A stretch of 64,000 nt of DNA from Gammaproteobacteria bacterium. Its GTDB lineage: Bacteria; Pseudomonadota; Gammaproteobacteria; Ga0077536. Below the pieces are notes generated by a model that saw only the letters and a program-made list of their open reading frames with translations, did no database searches and had not been told where the DNA came from. How positions within the stretch are numbered: position 1 is the stretch's first letter; every line of letters starts with the position of its first letter. The stretch spans positions 1,216,001 through 1,280,000 of the forward strand of contig CAXXLL010000002.1 in assembly GCA_963662545.2 (NCBI GenBank). Reading direction: 5' to 3'. The position numbers and the translations under genes are program-made. Below, one piece after another: positions 9,605-19,335 of the stretch.

Positions 9605-10063
9605 CTACAGTTTCGCGGGGCCGTTGGAATTCGCCCAGCCTTGCGCCAAGGGCACGAAATAAAACATCTCGACGCGTCGGGATGTGAATTTCCACTCGCC
9701 GTCGGCTTTCTCATAGGTGTCGTGCAGGCGTCCGGCGCCGATCCAGCTTTCACCGTCGCGGGTCGCGCGGTTCTCGAGCGAGCAGGTCCCGGTCGCATGA
9801 TCGCCGTCGATGTGGATCACGTGATTGGTGAAGAAGGGTTTCACCTTTAGCGGCCAGGTCGACGTGTAGAACGCCTTGATATCATCGTGGCCCGTCATCA
9901 CGCCGCGCCCGAGTGAGCTGAAGTCGATCGAGGCGTCGCCCGTGAACAGGCTCGCCATGCGTTCGGCATCCTGATCTTCGATCGCCAGCCCGTAGGCGTA
10001 GGTCAGCTCTTTGATTTTTTCGCGGTCCCAGAGTTCGAGGACCATTTCCTCGTGAGTCATCAT
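9605..10063 (-). CDS. SnoaL-like / NTF2 family protein
   Basis: DREKIKELTYAY, LFTGDA, GRLHDTYEKADGEWKF. Confidence 0.85.
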   Translation of the reverse strand: MMTHEEMVLELWDREKIKELTYAYGLAIEDQDAERMASLFTGDASIDFSSLGRGVMTGHDDIKAFYTSTWPLKVKPFFTNHVIHIDGDHATGTCSLENRATRDGESWIGAGRLHDTYEKADGEWKFTSRRVEMFYFVPLAQGWANSNGPAKL

Positions 10064-10183
10064 GCATTCCCTCTTCTAGCCACGATTATCCAGCACGCGC
10101 CCCACCGGGTTCGCAGGGGGTATTTCGGAATCCGATGGGAATCTTTCAGGCGGCTGGTCCGAATACCTGTTCCCAGGCGACAC

Positions 10184-10432
10184 TTAACCGCCCTCGATCT
10201 TCGGCAGAAAATAGACCTCGCTGTTCGCTTCTATGGCTTCCAGATAAGGTTCCTGAAAGATCTCCCCGTCGATGGCGACTGCGGTTCGCGTGCGCAGACG
10301 CTCACCCATCCCGGGATATTGCCGGTCGAGCGCCGCGATGAGTTGACGGACGTTATCCGCTTCGACTTCTAATTGCGTGACACCGTCGGTGAAGCTGTTA
10401 GCGAGCTCCGTCTGCAAGACCACCTTCGCCAT
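10184..10432 (-). CDS. MoaD/ThiS family sulfur carrier
   Basis: 82 aa with ubiquitin-like pattern, C-terminal PKIEGG. Confidence 0.88.
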   Translation of the reverse strand: MAKVVLQTELANSFTDGVTQLEVEADNVRQLIAALDRQYPGMGERLRTRTAVAIDGEIFQEPYLEAIEANSEVYFLPKIEGG

Positions 10433-10447
10433 TGGAGCGAAGGCTGA

Positions 10448-12733
10448 TTACTTAGCCGCGTCGATCGCTGCCAGCAGGCGCGGCGGTGAGATCGGCAGAT
10501 CGGTCATGCGCAGACCTGTGGCATCGGCGATCGCATTCGCGACCGCTGCGAGCGGCGGAATGATCGGCACTTCGCCGACGCCGCGTACACCGTAGGGGTG
10601 GCCCGGATTCGGCACTTCGACCAGGACGGTGTCGATCATCGGCACGTCGGAAGCAACCGGTACACGGTAGTCGAGGAAGCCCGAGTTTTCGAGCCGGCCG
10701 TCCGCGTCGTAGATGTATTCTTCGTTGATCGCCCAGCCGATGCCCTGTACGGCGCCGCCCTGCAACTGGCCCTCGACATAGCTTGGATGGATCGCTGTGC
10801 CCACGTCCTGAATTGCGGTATAGCGGATCACCGTGACGCGCCCGGTCTCCTTGTCGACCTCGACGTCGCAGATGTGCGTACCAAAGCCCGGACCGGCGCC
10901 CGAGGCGTTGATATTGGCCTTGCCACTGATGGGGCCGCCGGTCTTGCCGGCCATGCCCGCGATGTCGGCGACCGACAGCGGTTGGTGCTTGTCGGTCTCG
11001 ATAGCGACGGCCTTGCCGTCCCGCCATTCGACCTGGTCGACGTCGACCTCCCAGATCTTCGCCGCTCGTTCCTTCATGTCGCGGACCGCGTCCTGCGCCG
11101 CTTCGATCACGGCCTTGCCGGTCGCAAAGGTCACCCGGCTGCCGCCGGTAAGGTCGCTGTAGGGCACGGACTCGGTGTCGGCAACCTGAGGTTTGATTTT
11201 GGCGATATCGACGCCCAGGACTTCCGCCGCCATCAGTGCCATCGACGCACGCGAGCCGCCGATATCTGGGTTGCCGGTGGCGACGATGACCGTACCGTCC
11301 TCGTTGATCATCACCGACGCACTCGAATTGCCGCCGATGTTGAACCAGAATCCCGACGCGATGCCGCGCCCCTGATCAGGGCCGAGCGGCGCGGACCAGT
11401 GCGGGTGATTCTTCGCCGCGGTCAGCGTCTCCTCGAAACCAATGCGTTTGAATTTCGGACCGTAGGCGGCCTGCGTACCTTCTTTCGCAGCATTGTTCTC
11501 GCGCAGTGCGATCGGATCCATACCGAGCTTTCTCGCGAGGACATCGAGGGTCGATTCGACGGCGAAGGCGGCGACCGGTGCGCCCGGCGCACGATAGGCT
11601 GCAGACTTGGGGCGATTCACGACGACGTCGTAACCCACTATCGACACGTTTTCCAGGTCGTAGGGCGCAAAACCCGTCATGCAGCCGAGGGCGACCGGCG
11701 AGCCATCGAAGGCGCCGGCCTCGTATTCGAGTTGCAGTGAGGCAGCCGTGATGGTGCCGTCCTTCTTGGCGCCTATCTTGCAGTGCGCGTGGCCGCCCGA
11801 CGTCGGCCCGGTCGCGCGGAATACCTCGTCGCGGGTCATCACCATTTTGACGGGACGCCCGGCGCGCCGGGCCAGCTCCACCGCCAGGGGTTCTAGATAG
11901 ATAGTGGTCTTGCCGCCGAAGCCGCCGCCGATCTCGGACGGCACGACCTTGATCTTCGCGACTTCCATGCCGCATACCCGCGCCGTGTACGCGCGCACCA
12001 TGAACTGGCCCTGGCTGCTGCACCAGATGCTCGCCATGCCGTCCTCGGTAATGGTGGCTACGCAGGCATGGGGTTCTATGTAACCTTGGTGCACGGTTTC
12101 CGTATTGAATTCGTGCTCGACGACGACGTCGGCCGCAGCGAAGCCTGTGTCCACGTCGCCCAGGGTGAACGCGACACGCTTGGAAACGTTCGATGGCGTC
12201 GTCGGCTTGGGTTCGACGCCCGCGGTGAACATGTCTTCATGGAGCAGGGGTGCGTCGGGCTTCATCGCGTCGAGCGCTTTCATTACGTGCGGCAGCAGTT
12301 CGTAGTCGACTTCAATCAGCTCGGCCGCTTGTGCGGCGATCGCGACTGTGGTCGCGGCGACGGCGGCGACCGCATGGCCATCGTAGAGCACCTTATCGCG
12401 CGCAATGACGTTGCGCGACAGGTCGTAGAAGCTAAGGGGGGCGACACCCGGAATCCTGTCGGAAGGACTGAGCATAGGAAAATCCGCGCCGGTGACGACG
12501 GCTTTCACGCCCGGCAGGGCTGTCGCTTTGTCGACATTGATCGATTTGATCCGGGCATGCGCATGCGGGCTGCGCACGACGCTGCCGTGGATCATGTCGG
12601 CGAGTTTGAGATCGGCCCCGAAGTTCGCTCGCCCCGTGACCTTGTCGACGCCGTCCGGGCGCACCGGCCGGGTGCCGATGTAGCGGTATTTGCCCTTGTC
12701 GAGCGCCTTGAGCTGCTGTTCTTCCTTACCCAT
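10448..12733 (-). CDS. Xanthine dehydrogenase family molybdopterin-binding subunit
   Basis: RSPHAHA, GGGFGGK, AYRAPG, VEGQLQGG, RGVGE. Confidence 0.93.
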   Translation of the reverse strand: MGKEEQQLKALDKGKYRYIGTRPVRPDGVDKVTGRANFGADLKLADMIHGSVVRSPHAHARIKSINVDKATALPGVKAVVTGADFPMLSPSDRIPGVAPLSFYDLSRNVIARDKVLYDGHAVAAVAATTVAIAAQAAELIEVDYELLPHVMKALDAMKPDAPLLHEDMFTAGVEPKPTTPSNVSKRVAFTLGDVDTGFAAADVVVEHEFNTETVHQGYIEPHACVATITEDGMASIWCSSQGQFMVRAYTARVCGMEVAKIKVVPSEIGGGFGGKTTIYLEPLAVELARRAGRPVKMVMTRDEVFRATGPTSGGHAHCKIGAKKDGTITAASLQLEYEAGAFDGSPVALGCMTGFAPYDLENVSIVGYDVVVNRPKSAAYRAPGAPVAAFAVESTLDVLARKLGMDPIALRENNAAKEGTQAAYGPKFKRIGFEETLTAAKNHPHWSAPLGPDQGRGIASGFWFNIGGNSSASVMINEDGTVIVATGNPDIGGSRASMALMAAEVLGVDIAKIKPQVADTESVPYSDLTGGSRVTFATGKAVIEAAQDAVRDMKERAAKIWEVDVDQVEWRDGKAVAIETDKHQPLSVADIAGMAGKTGGPISGKANINASGAGPGFGTHICDVEVDKETGRVTVIRYTAIQDVGTAIHPSYVEGQLQGGAVQGIGWAINEEYIYDADGRLENSGFLDYRVPVASDVPMIDTVLVEVPNPGHPYGVRGVGEVPIIPPLAAVANAIADATGLRMTDLPISPPRLLAAIDAAK

Positions 12734-12736
12734 GTT

Positions 12737-13216
12737 TCATGCTCCGCGCATTTCTTCGGCGGCATTCATGACCGCCTTGATGATCTTGTCGTAGCCTGTG
12801 CAGCGGCAGAGGTTGCCGGCCAACCAGTAACGGGCCTCGGTTTCGGTGGGGTCGGGATTGCGCTCCAATAGTGCTTTCGCCGCGACGATGACCCCCGGGG
12901 TGCACACGCCGCACTGCAGTGCGGCGTCTTCCAGAAACGTTTTCTGCAGCGGGTGCAGCTTCTCGCCCTGCGCGACGCCTTCGATCGTTTCGATATTCCG
13001 ACCCTCTGCTTCAACGCCGAGCACGAGGCAGGCGCACACGAGACGATTATCGACCATGACGCTGCAGGCGCCGCAATCGCCCGAGCCGCAACCTTCTTTG
13101 CTCCCCGTGAGATTCAATTCATCGCGCAGTACATCGAGCAGGGTCTGCCGGGTTTCGCACAGGAATTCAACCGGATCGCCGTTGACGGTGGCGCTTACGT
13201 GGTGCTTGCCCATCAA
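12737..13216 (-). CDS. XDH family (2Fe-2S)-binding subunit
   Basis: GCGSGDCGAC, QCGVC, GNLCRCTGY. Confidence 0.93.
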   Translation of the reverse strand: MMGKHHVSATVNGDPVEFLCETRQTLLDVLRDELNLTGSKEGCGSGDCGACSVMVDNRLVCACLVLGVEAEGRNIETIEGVAQGEKLHPLQKTFLEDAALQCGVCTPGVIVAAKALLERNPDPTETEARYWLAGNLCRCTGYDKIIKAVMNAAEEMRGA

Positions 13217-14082
13217 TTAGCCCTCGCGCGTTCGAGCGCAATCGCGGCTGCGCGGCGAGTGAGTACGCCCGCGACCTTGGTTCGATACGCCACCGTGCCG
13301 CGTTTGTCGTCGATCGGATCGCAGGCGGCGCTGGCGGCGGCGCCCAGTTTCTCCAGCACCGTGTCGTCGAGCCGGGTGCCGATGATGACTGCGGCAGCGT
13401 CCTCAACCAGGAGCAGCCGCGGGGCGACCGCGCCCAGACTGACACGCGCAGCGGTGCACACGCCTTCGTCGTCGAGCGTCAGGCTGACGCCTGCGCCCAC
13501 CACCGCGATGTCCATTTCCGTGCGCGGGATGAAGCGCAGGTAGGCGTCGCCCGCATGCGGTGGACGCGGCGGCAGAAAAAAACTCACGACGAACTCGTCA
13601 ATCGCCAGCGACGTCTGTCCGGGTCCGGTCACGATATCTTCGACCGGAGCTTCGCGCTGACCGTCCGGGCCTGCGATAGTGCAGATCGTAGCCGCCGCGA
13701 TCATCGCCGGCACGCTGTCCGCCGCGGGCGAACCGTTGCACAGGTTCCCGCCAAGCGACGCGCGGCTCTGAATCTGCGCGGACCCGATCAATTCGAGCGC
13801 TTCGACCACGCCAGGCCAGGCGCGGCGGACATCCGGATGCTCGCCGAGCTCGGCTCCAGACACCGCGGCACCTACGCGAAAACCACCGTCTTCGATCGTG
13901 ATGGTGCGAACTTCGGGGATGTGCTTTATGTCAACAATGGTGTCGGCGGCGAGGTGGCCCGCTCTGAGTTGAACGAGCAGATCCGTACCGCCCGCGAGAA
14001 TCTTGGCGCCGCCGTTCGCGTCGGCCAGGCATTTGACCGCGTCGGCGACGGTGCCGGGTGCGGCGAATTGAATCTGGGTCAC
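13213..14082 (-). CDS. XDH family FAD-binding (medium) subunit
   Basis: LAGGTDL, ASLGGNLCNGSPAADS, DKRGTVAYR. Confidence 0.92.
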   Translation of the reverse strand: MTQIQFAAPGTVADAVKCLADANGGAKILAGGTDLLVQLRAGHLAADTIVDIKHIPEVRTITIEDGGFRVGAAVSGAELGEHPDVRRAWPGVVEALELIGSAQIQSRASLGGNLCNGSPAADSVPAMIAAATICTIAGPDGQREAPVEDIVTGPGQTSLAIDEFVVSFFLPPRPPHAGDAYLRFIPRTEMDIAVVGAGVSLTLDDEGVCTAARVSLGAVAPRLLLVEDAAAVIIGTRLDDTVLEKLGAAASAACDPIDDKRGTVAYRTKVAGVLTRRAAAIALERARAN

Positions 14083-14391
14083 TTTTGCTCCGGGTTTGGG
14101 TCAAACGGGACGCGCATTGTCCCATCTTCGCGGGGTCAGAGTCGATTATAAAATGAGGTTCGTTCAAGGTGCGTACATGCCTATCGATCCGCACTGGCTG
14201 GTCTATCGCAATTGTCCGTCCGCCGTGGACATGAGATGCAGGCTCGATAAACGGTCGTTTGGGTGTGCTACGCTCGAAAATCACCCGTCTATCGGGGAGA
14301 TCCCGTTGAATTAAGGCCCGATGAATCCTGCCGCTACAGACATTATGCCTGGCTTCAGAGAGATGCTTACGTGATCGTCGCAACTTTCTGG

Positions 14392-15417
14392 ATGCCCCCA
14401 TTGAACAACTGCAAAGTCTGTTCGGCTGTGCTGTTCTGCATACTTTTCACGACGCAATTGGCCTACGGCTTGACCGTCAATTTCAATGGATCCCTTGGGA
14501 CTCTAGCGGATGCGGCGCTCGATCGAGCCGCTGCACAGTGGACCTCACGGATCAGCGATCCAATCATGGTGACCATCGATGTCAGTTTCGCCACGTTCGC
14601 GCCCAACATCATCGGCCAGGCGTCGTCGGTCACGCTGACGACGACGAATGACGGCTTCGACTTCGTGCGTGGCGCACTCATAACCGATGCCGCGGGCGAA
14701 GCGGACGATACAATCGTTGCTTCGTTGCCGACGGCCGCGCAATTCACACCCTCAGTACTCATGCCGGCCGGGATCACCTTTAATGGCGAATTGCTCGGTT
14801 CGAAGGCTAATTTCAAGGCGCTCGAGATCCCGGGACTGGATCTCGATGGCCCGTTCGGTTTGAGCGACGGCACAATTCAGTTCAACGATTTATTCAACTT
14901 CGATTTTGACAACATCAACGGTGTGAGTGGGACGGACTTCGAAACCGTTGCCGCGCATGAAATCGGGCACATCCTCGGATTCCAATCGGCGGTGGATGCC
15001 ATCGATTCAGCCGTAGACCAGGGCCTGACCGGCACGATCGGTGTCTTCATGCTCGATCTCTTCCGGTTCGGTAGCGGGAGTGCGCCCACCACTGCCGCGG
15101 CGTTCACGACCACCGGTCGTGAATTGAGGCCGAATGCCGAAGCCGTGTTCGGTGACACGGACGATAACTACCGGCTTTCCACCGGCGCCTTCACGGGCGA
15201 TGGACGGCAGGCGAGCCACTTCAAGGACGATTCATTACTGGGTATTCATCTGGGCATAATGGACCCGACGCTAGCCAACAACGTCTCCTTCGATGTGACT
15301 GAGGCGGATCTGCGCGTGCTCGATTTGATCGGTTGGGACGTCGCCCCCATCCCGTTGCCGCCCGCTTTCCTGCTGTTCGGATCGGCCTGTGGGCTACTCG
15401 TGTTCCTTCGGATTTAG
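14392..15417 (+). CDS. Secreted zinc metalloprotease-like protein with PEP-CTERM-like (xPLP) sorting tail
   Basis: Signal-like N-terminus, HEIGH motif, ASHFKD...GIMDP, C-terminal PIPLPPAFLLFGSACGLLVFLRI; start codon uncertain. Confidence 0.78.
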   Translation: MPPLNNCKVCSAVLFCILFTTQLAYGLTVNFNGSLGTLADAALDRAAAQWTSRISDPIMVTIDVSFATFAPNIIGQASSVTLTTTNDGFDFVRGALITDAAGEADDTIVASLPTAAQFTPSVLMPAGITFNGELLGSKANFKALEIPGLDLDGPFGLSDGTIQFNDLFNFDFDNINGVSGTDFETVAAHEIGHILGFQSAVDAIDSAVDQGLTGTIGVFMLDLFRFGSGSAPTTAAAFTTTGRELRPNAEAVFGDTDDNYRLSTGAFTGDGRQASHFKDDSLLGIHLGIMDPTLANNVSFDVTEADLRVLDLIGWDVAPIPLPPAFLLFGSACGLLVFLRI

Positions 15418-15451
15418 CAAATTAAACGCAAACCCTAGTGCGACGAGGTTC

Positions 15452-15480
15452 GGGTGCCGGAGTTGACTTAATTGACTAAA
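15452..15480 (+). repeat. Terminal repeat R1 of the HUH transposase element
   Basis: GGGTGCCGGAGTTGACTTAATTGACTAAA, identical to 16518-16546. Confidence 0.85.
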
Positions 15481-15554
15481 TTTGGCATTTGCCGCCGCGC
15501 CCTCTTGTTATAGGATCGTCTGCACCGACACCAAGGCCCATGAAGGAGGCAAGG

Positions 15555-15765
15555 ATGCCTCAAAAACCTCGTCTACATGTTCCGGGGGGGATCTATCACG
15601 CGATACTGCGCGGCAATAATCGCGGCCCCCTGTTCTTCGACGCTGGCGAGCGAGATACGCTAGAGACGCTGCTCGCCGAAGGGCGGGTGCGCTGTCGGCG
15701 CCGCATTCTTGCATAGCGTTGGATGACGAACCATTTGGACCTGGCGGCGCAGGTGAATGAGTCGA
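15555..15765 (+). pseudogene. Truncated copy of the Y1 HUH transposase
   Basis: Near-identical to the 5' part of 16622-17512 (MPQKPRLHVPGGIYHAILRGNNR); in-frame TAG replaces the Tyr codon; breaks off at higA. Confidence 0.85.
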
Positions 15766-16059
15766 TTAAGCTGCATGTTCTACGGGTTGGACCCCTAAAT
15801 CTTTCCGGCTCTGTTTGACTTTCCAAAGGTCATAGGCATTTTGCAACCGTAACCAATGCGATGCATCGGGTTTTCCGAATGCGGCTTCCAATCGCATTGC
15901 CATTTCGGCGGTTACGGCGCCGTCTCCTTTTAAAATCCGATGTAAGGTATTGCGACTTACACCAAGGTATTCGGCTGTTTCACTTACTGTCAAACCCATC
16001 GGGACGATGGCTAATTCTTTAAGGATCTCTCCCGGATGGGCAGGATTGTGCATGCTCAA
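15766..16059 (-). CDS. higA: HigA family antitoxin
   Basis: MHNPAHPGEIL, HTH, AEMAMRL, WLRLQNAYDLW. Confidence 0.92.
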   Translation of the reverse strand: MSMHNPAHPGEILKELAIVPMGLTVSETAEYLGVSRNTLHRILKGDGAVTAEMAMRLEAAFGKPDASHWLRLQNAYDLWKVKQSRKDLGVQPVEHAA

Positions 16060-16070
16060 AACTTGTTACC

Positions 16071-16349
16071 TCAATGATAATCTTCATAATCGACTAATTC
16101 GGCATCGTGCCGAACGAATCGAAACGTGATACGCCAACTTCGATTTACTTTTACTGCCCACATATTCTTTCGCTTTCCTTTCAGCGGGTGTAAAGCCAAT
16201 CCGGTTAAGTCCATATCGTCTGGCTTTTCCGCCACATCGAGATTGGTCAGTATCAACCTAAGCTTATTTGCATGGCTCGATCGAATACCGGATGTTTTAC
16301 CCGTCTTAAAGAATCTTTCTATTCCCTTGTGCAGAAAGCTCTTTATCAT
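16071..16349 (-). CDS. higB: HigB family (RelE/ParE superfamily) toxin
   Basis: MIKSFLHKGI, LHPLKG, WRITFRF, DYEDYH; upstream of the antitoxin. Confidence 0.92.
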   Translation of the reverse strand: MIKSFLHKGIERFFKTGKTSGIRSSHANKLRLILTNLDVAEKPDDMDLTGLALHPLKGKRKNMWAVKVNRSWRITFRFVRHDAELVDYEDYH

Positions 16350-16517
16350 AAAAGTGATTGTAATATATCATATTACACGTTGCAATAATATAGATTACAT
16401 AACGATTTCCCACGCCTGGTCTCGGTCCACTGCTGTCTGTCTCGTTTGAATCGATATTGACCGTGACTCCGGTGCCTTTAGCTACCAGGTTCGGGCAGGT
16501 TCGGGTGCCGCAGGTTC

Positions 16518-17536
16518 GGGTGCCGGAGTTGACTTAATTGACTAAATTTAGCATTTGCCGCCGCGCCCTCTTGTTATAGGATTGTCTGCACCGACACCAA
16601 GGACCCATGAAGGAGGCAAGGATGTCTCGAAAACCTCGTCTACATGTTCCGGGCGGGATCTATCACGCGATACTGCGCGGCAATAATCGCGGCCCCCTGT
16701 TCTTCGACGCTGCCGACCGAGATACTTTAGAGGCGCTGCTCGCCGAGGGGTTGGTGCGCTATCGGTGCCGCGTTCATGCCTACTGTTGGATGACGAACCA
16801 TTTGCACCTGGCGGTGCAGGTGGACGATGCGCCACTCGGGCACGTCATTCAGTGGGTCGGGTCAAACTTCGCAAGGACATTGAATCGACGCTATGGGCGG
16901 AGCGGCCATGTGTTCGACCGCCGCCACCGGGCGATTCTAGTCAGCAATGACCTACAGCTTCTCGCCTTGATACGCTATATCCACCAGAATCCGGTGGTCG
17001 CGAATCTCGTCAACGGACCGGCGGATTACCGATGGTCCAGCCATCGCGCTTATCTCGGTCGGGTGCGGGTGGCGTGGCTGACCACTCGTTTAGTTCTCGA
17101 CATGTTCGGTGATTCGGGGCGCTGCGCACGCGCGAATTACCGTGCATTCATGAGTGAGAAACCCGATTCAGCGCTCGAGGAGGGCTTGGAGAACGGTAGC
17201 GAGGACGATCCGCGCTTAGCCAGTAGTTCAGTGCTCGACCCGCCCATCGATGCGCTGCCCGTCTCGCACAGGGCATATCGAACGCTTGATGAGATCGTGG
17301 CAACCACTTGTGAGGTTTATGGGATCCGGGAAACAGCGCTGCGCTCGGCGGGACGCAGCCGGCGTTACGCGGCGATCCGCACCGAGATCGCCGCATTCGC
17401 GTTGGATGAAGGTGCTGCGAGTCTCAGCGAGGTGGCGCGCCGATTTGGACGCTGCGAGTCGGTCCTGTGCCGCGCGCTTTCACGATTCCGACGGCAGACC
17501 CGCGGTGTTTAGTCAAATAAGTCAACTCCGGCACCC
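16518..17536 (+). mobile_element. HUH/Y1 transposase element bounded by ~29-bp inverted repeats
   Basis: R2 (16518-16546, +) and R3 (17508-17536, -) are near-perfect inverted copies around the transposase. Confidence 0.75.
16622..17512 (+). CDS. REP-associated-type tyrosine (Y1, HUH) transposase with C-terminal HTH-like domain
   Basis: YHAILRGNNR, AYCWMTNHLHL (HUH), RYIHQNPV, YRWSSH; C-terminal SLSEVARRFGR. Confidence 0.9.
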   Translation: MSRKPRLHVPGGIYHAILRGNNRGPLFFDAADRDTLEALLAEGLVRYRCRVHAYCWMTNHLHLAVQVDDAPLGHVIQWVGSNFARTLNRRYGRSGHVFDRRHRAILVSNDLQLLALIRYIHQNPVVANLVNGPADYRWSSHRAYLGRVRVAWLTTRLVLDMFGDSGRCARANYRAFMSEKPDSALEEGLENGSEDDPRLASSSVLDPPIDALPVSHRAYRTLDEIVATTCEVYGIRETALRSAGRSRRYAAIRTEIAAFALDEGAASLSEVARRFGRCESVLCRALSRFRRQTRGV

Positions 17537-17547
17537 AACCCCCTTGT

Positions 17548-17580
17548 AAAAAAAAAGGCCCGCTTCGCGGGGCTTTTTCT
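17548..17580. terminator. Intrinsic terminator between convergent genes
   Basis: A-run, GGCCCGC-TTC-GCGGGGC hairpin, T-run. Confidence 0.6.
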
Positions 17581-17602
17581 GGAGTTGTAAGTTGACTGAA
17601 GC

Positions 17603-18196
17603 TCAGACGCGACGTCGGGCTGCGAAACCCAGCAGCCCAAGCCCCATCAATGCGATCGTGCCGGGTTCGGGAATCTGCGCATGCAGGCTCCACTGAATGA
17701 GCAACGACTCATTTGTGAAACCTGTTTGATCCGCAAACGTCAGGTCCCAGGTTCCGCCCCAGAGCTCGCCGTCAAATGCAGAAAGTGCCTCAAAAGGACT
17801 GAAACTACCGACCGTAGTTCCGCCGCCTGATTGCGTCTGTATCGAAGTACCCGCCTCGTCGTCAAAGATGACGTCCAGAAGCCCCCCTGAGTTAGCAGAA
17901 GTCACAAAGTTGAACAACCTTACGACGGTACCGGTATTAACGTGTTCCAGATCTATATCAAGGTCTGCCCAATGGTTCGTGCCGTTGTTGGTTGTAGTAA
18001 TGATGAGATCCACGTCCAGATCTTCGATGCTACCGCTACCCGGCGGCAGGAACGGGTTAAAAAGGGAAACCGTGACCGATGCACCAGGGTCCAGAACGAC
18101 TTGTAAGTCCTGCTGAATGTTCCACACCATGAAACCAGCCTGCGCTGCCCCGGCAACACACATCAGCGCCATCAAAACAAGTAGTTTTCTACACAT
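17603..18196 (-). CDS. PEP-CTERM sorting domain protein (proprotein-convertase-P-like domain)
   Basis: Signal peptide ending AQA; IEDLDVDL...HWADLDIDL, LSAFDGE..GTWDL; C-terminal IPEPGTIALMGLGLLGFAARRRV. Confidence 0.9.
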   Translation of the reverse strand: MCRKLLVLMALMCVAGAAQAGFMVWNIQQDLQVVLDPGASVTVSLFNPFLPPGSGSIEDLDVDLIITTTNNGTNHWADLDIDLEHVNTGTVVRLFNFVTSANSGGLLDVIFDDEAGTSIQTQSGGGTTVGSFSPFEALSAFDGELWGGTWDLTFADQTGFTNESLLIQWSLHAQIPEPGTIALMGLGLLGFAARRRV

Positions 18197-18265
18197 CTTT
18201 ATTCTCTCCGTTGTTGCGCACAGTCAGCCCGGTATCGACCGCGCCATTGAACCTGCAGAGATCTA

Positions 18266-18281
18266 TGCAATCCTGGTGCCA
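18266..18281 (-). promoter_or_regulatory. Sigma-54 (-24/-12) promoter of the PEP-CTERM gene
   Basis: TGGCAC-CAGGA-TTGCA on the minus strand, 70 bp upstream of the ATG. Confidence 0.8.
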
Positions 18282-18937
18282 ATTTATGTACCTCATTGTT
18301 TTTAATGATCTAATTGAAATCAGCGACGAATTACGGGTAGCGAAACGGGCATTTTTGTAAAGTTTTTAAGAATCCGCGCCGATCCGGACCCCGGAAACAG
18401 GCGAGATCGGCAAGAAGATCCGACATCCGGCCGTTCGCTCAACGCATCTGCCGGCCTCAAATCGAAGCCGCAGCGCATTCAAGCTGTAGCGCGCGGGAGG
18501 TTTGCCAGAGACCGTCAACTTTTCGCGAACTTGTCGAATATCTTTTTGTATTTCAATGTATTAACGCGACGTTCGTACTGGATACCGGCGCTGAATTCGG
18601 CGCCGAAACGGGGCGCCAGATGCCGAAATTTGCAATTTTCAGGCGTATCGAGACGACGAATTTTTGACCGATGGCCGCCCGCCGGGCTCAGTGTAAAATT
18701 TATTGACAACTGACCGCTGGAAAAGTGGCAAAAGGCGCGGTGGATTCTCGGTTTTTCGGGTTGCTTGGGTAGGTAAACGACATCGCCCTTTTGATCCGTG
18801 TCAGATGTTTTCTCATGAATTTAGGTGGTTAACCGATTATCGGGATTCTGGACGGCCGCCGGATACGCCGGAGTGTAAAGATTCTTGACACGTGATGGCG
18901 GCGTATAGGGAAAAACGGCCCTTTTTCGCGCGGGTTG

Positions 18938-19114
18938 GGGTCCCGGAGTTGACCTATTTGACTATATTTGGCATTGGTTGCCGCGCCGTATCGTGGAAGA
19001 GGCGCCCATAATCCGTTCAACTGTAAGCACCTGAATGGAATGAGTTTCAGCGTTTCGGGTTTATGGGTGTCCCGAAACGCCGTGTTTAGTCAAATAAGTC
19101 AACTCCCGAACCCC
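18938..19114. mobile_element. Miniature non-autonomous derivative of the HUH element
   Basis: Repeats R4 (18938-18966, +) and R5 (19085-19114, -) in inverted orientation around ~120 bp of non-coding DNA. Confidence 0.6.
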
Positions 19115-19227
19115 AACCGCCCAAACCTTTTAATTCCCGACACGATTCAAACCACTGTCAGCCAAGCTGATAACCACGCCCGGCGAGACACGTGGACCAC
19201 GCGCGCCGGTATTCCTGACCTGGGGTC

Positions 19228-19302
19228 GGGTGTCGGAGTTGACTTATTTGACTTATCTCGATCGGGTGAGTTCGGGTGTCGGAGTCGACCTGCTTGACTA
19301 AA
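19228..19302 (+). repeat. Two further terminal repeat copies (R6, R7)
   Basis: GGGTGTCGGAGTTGACTTATTTGACT and GGGTGTCGGAGTCGACCTGCTTGACTAAA; R7 is followed by nearly the same flank as R1. Confidence 0.75.
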
Positions 19303-19335
19303 TTTGGCATTTTTTGCCGCGCCCTATTGTTATAG

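Noticed and set aside
10448-14082. Aerobic CO dehydrogenase (coxMSL) or Se-dependent Mo hydroxylase
   Set aside because: Active-site loop is AYRAPG, not AYRCSFR; no yqeB/yqeC-type accessory genes seen
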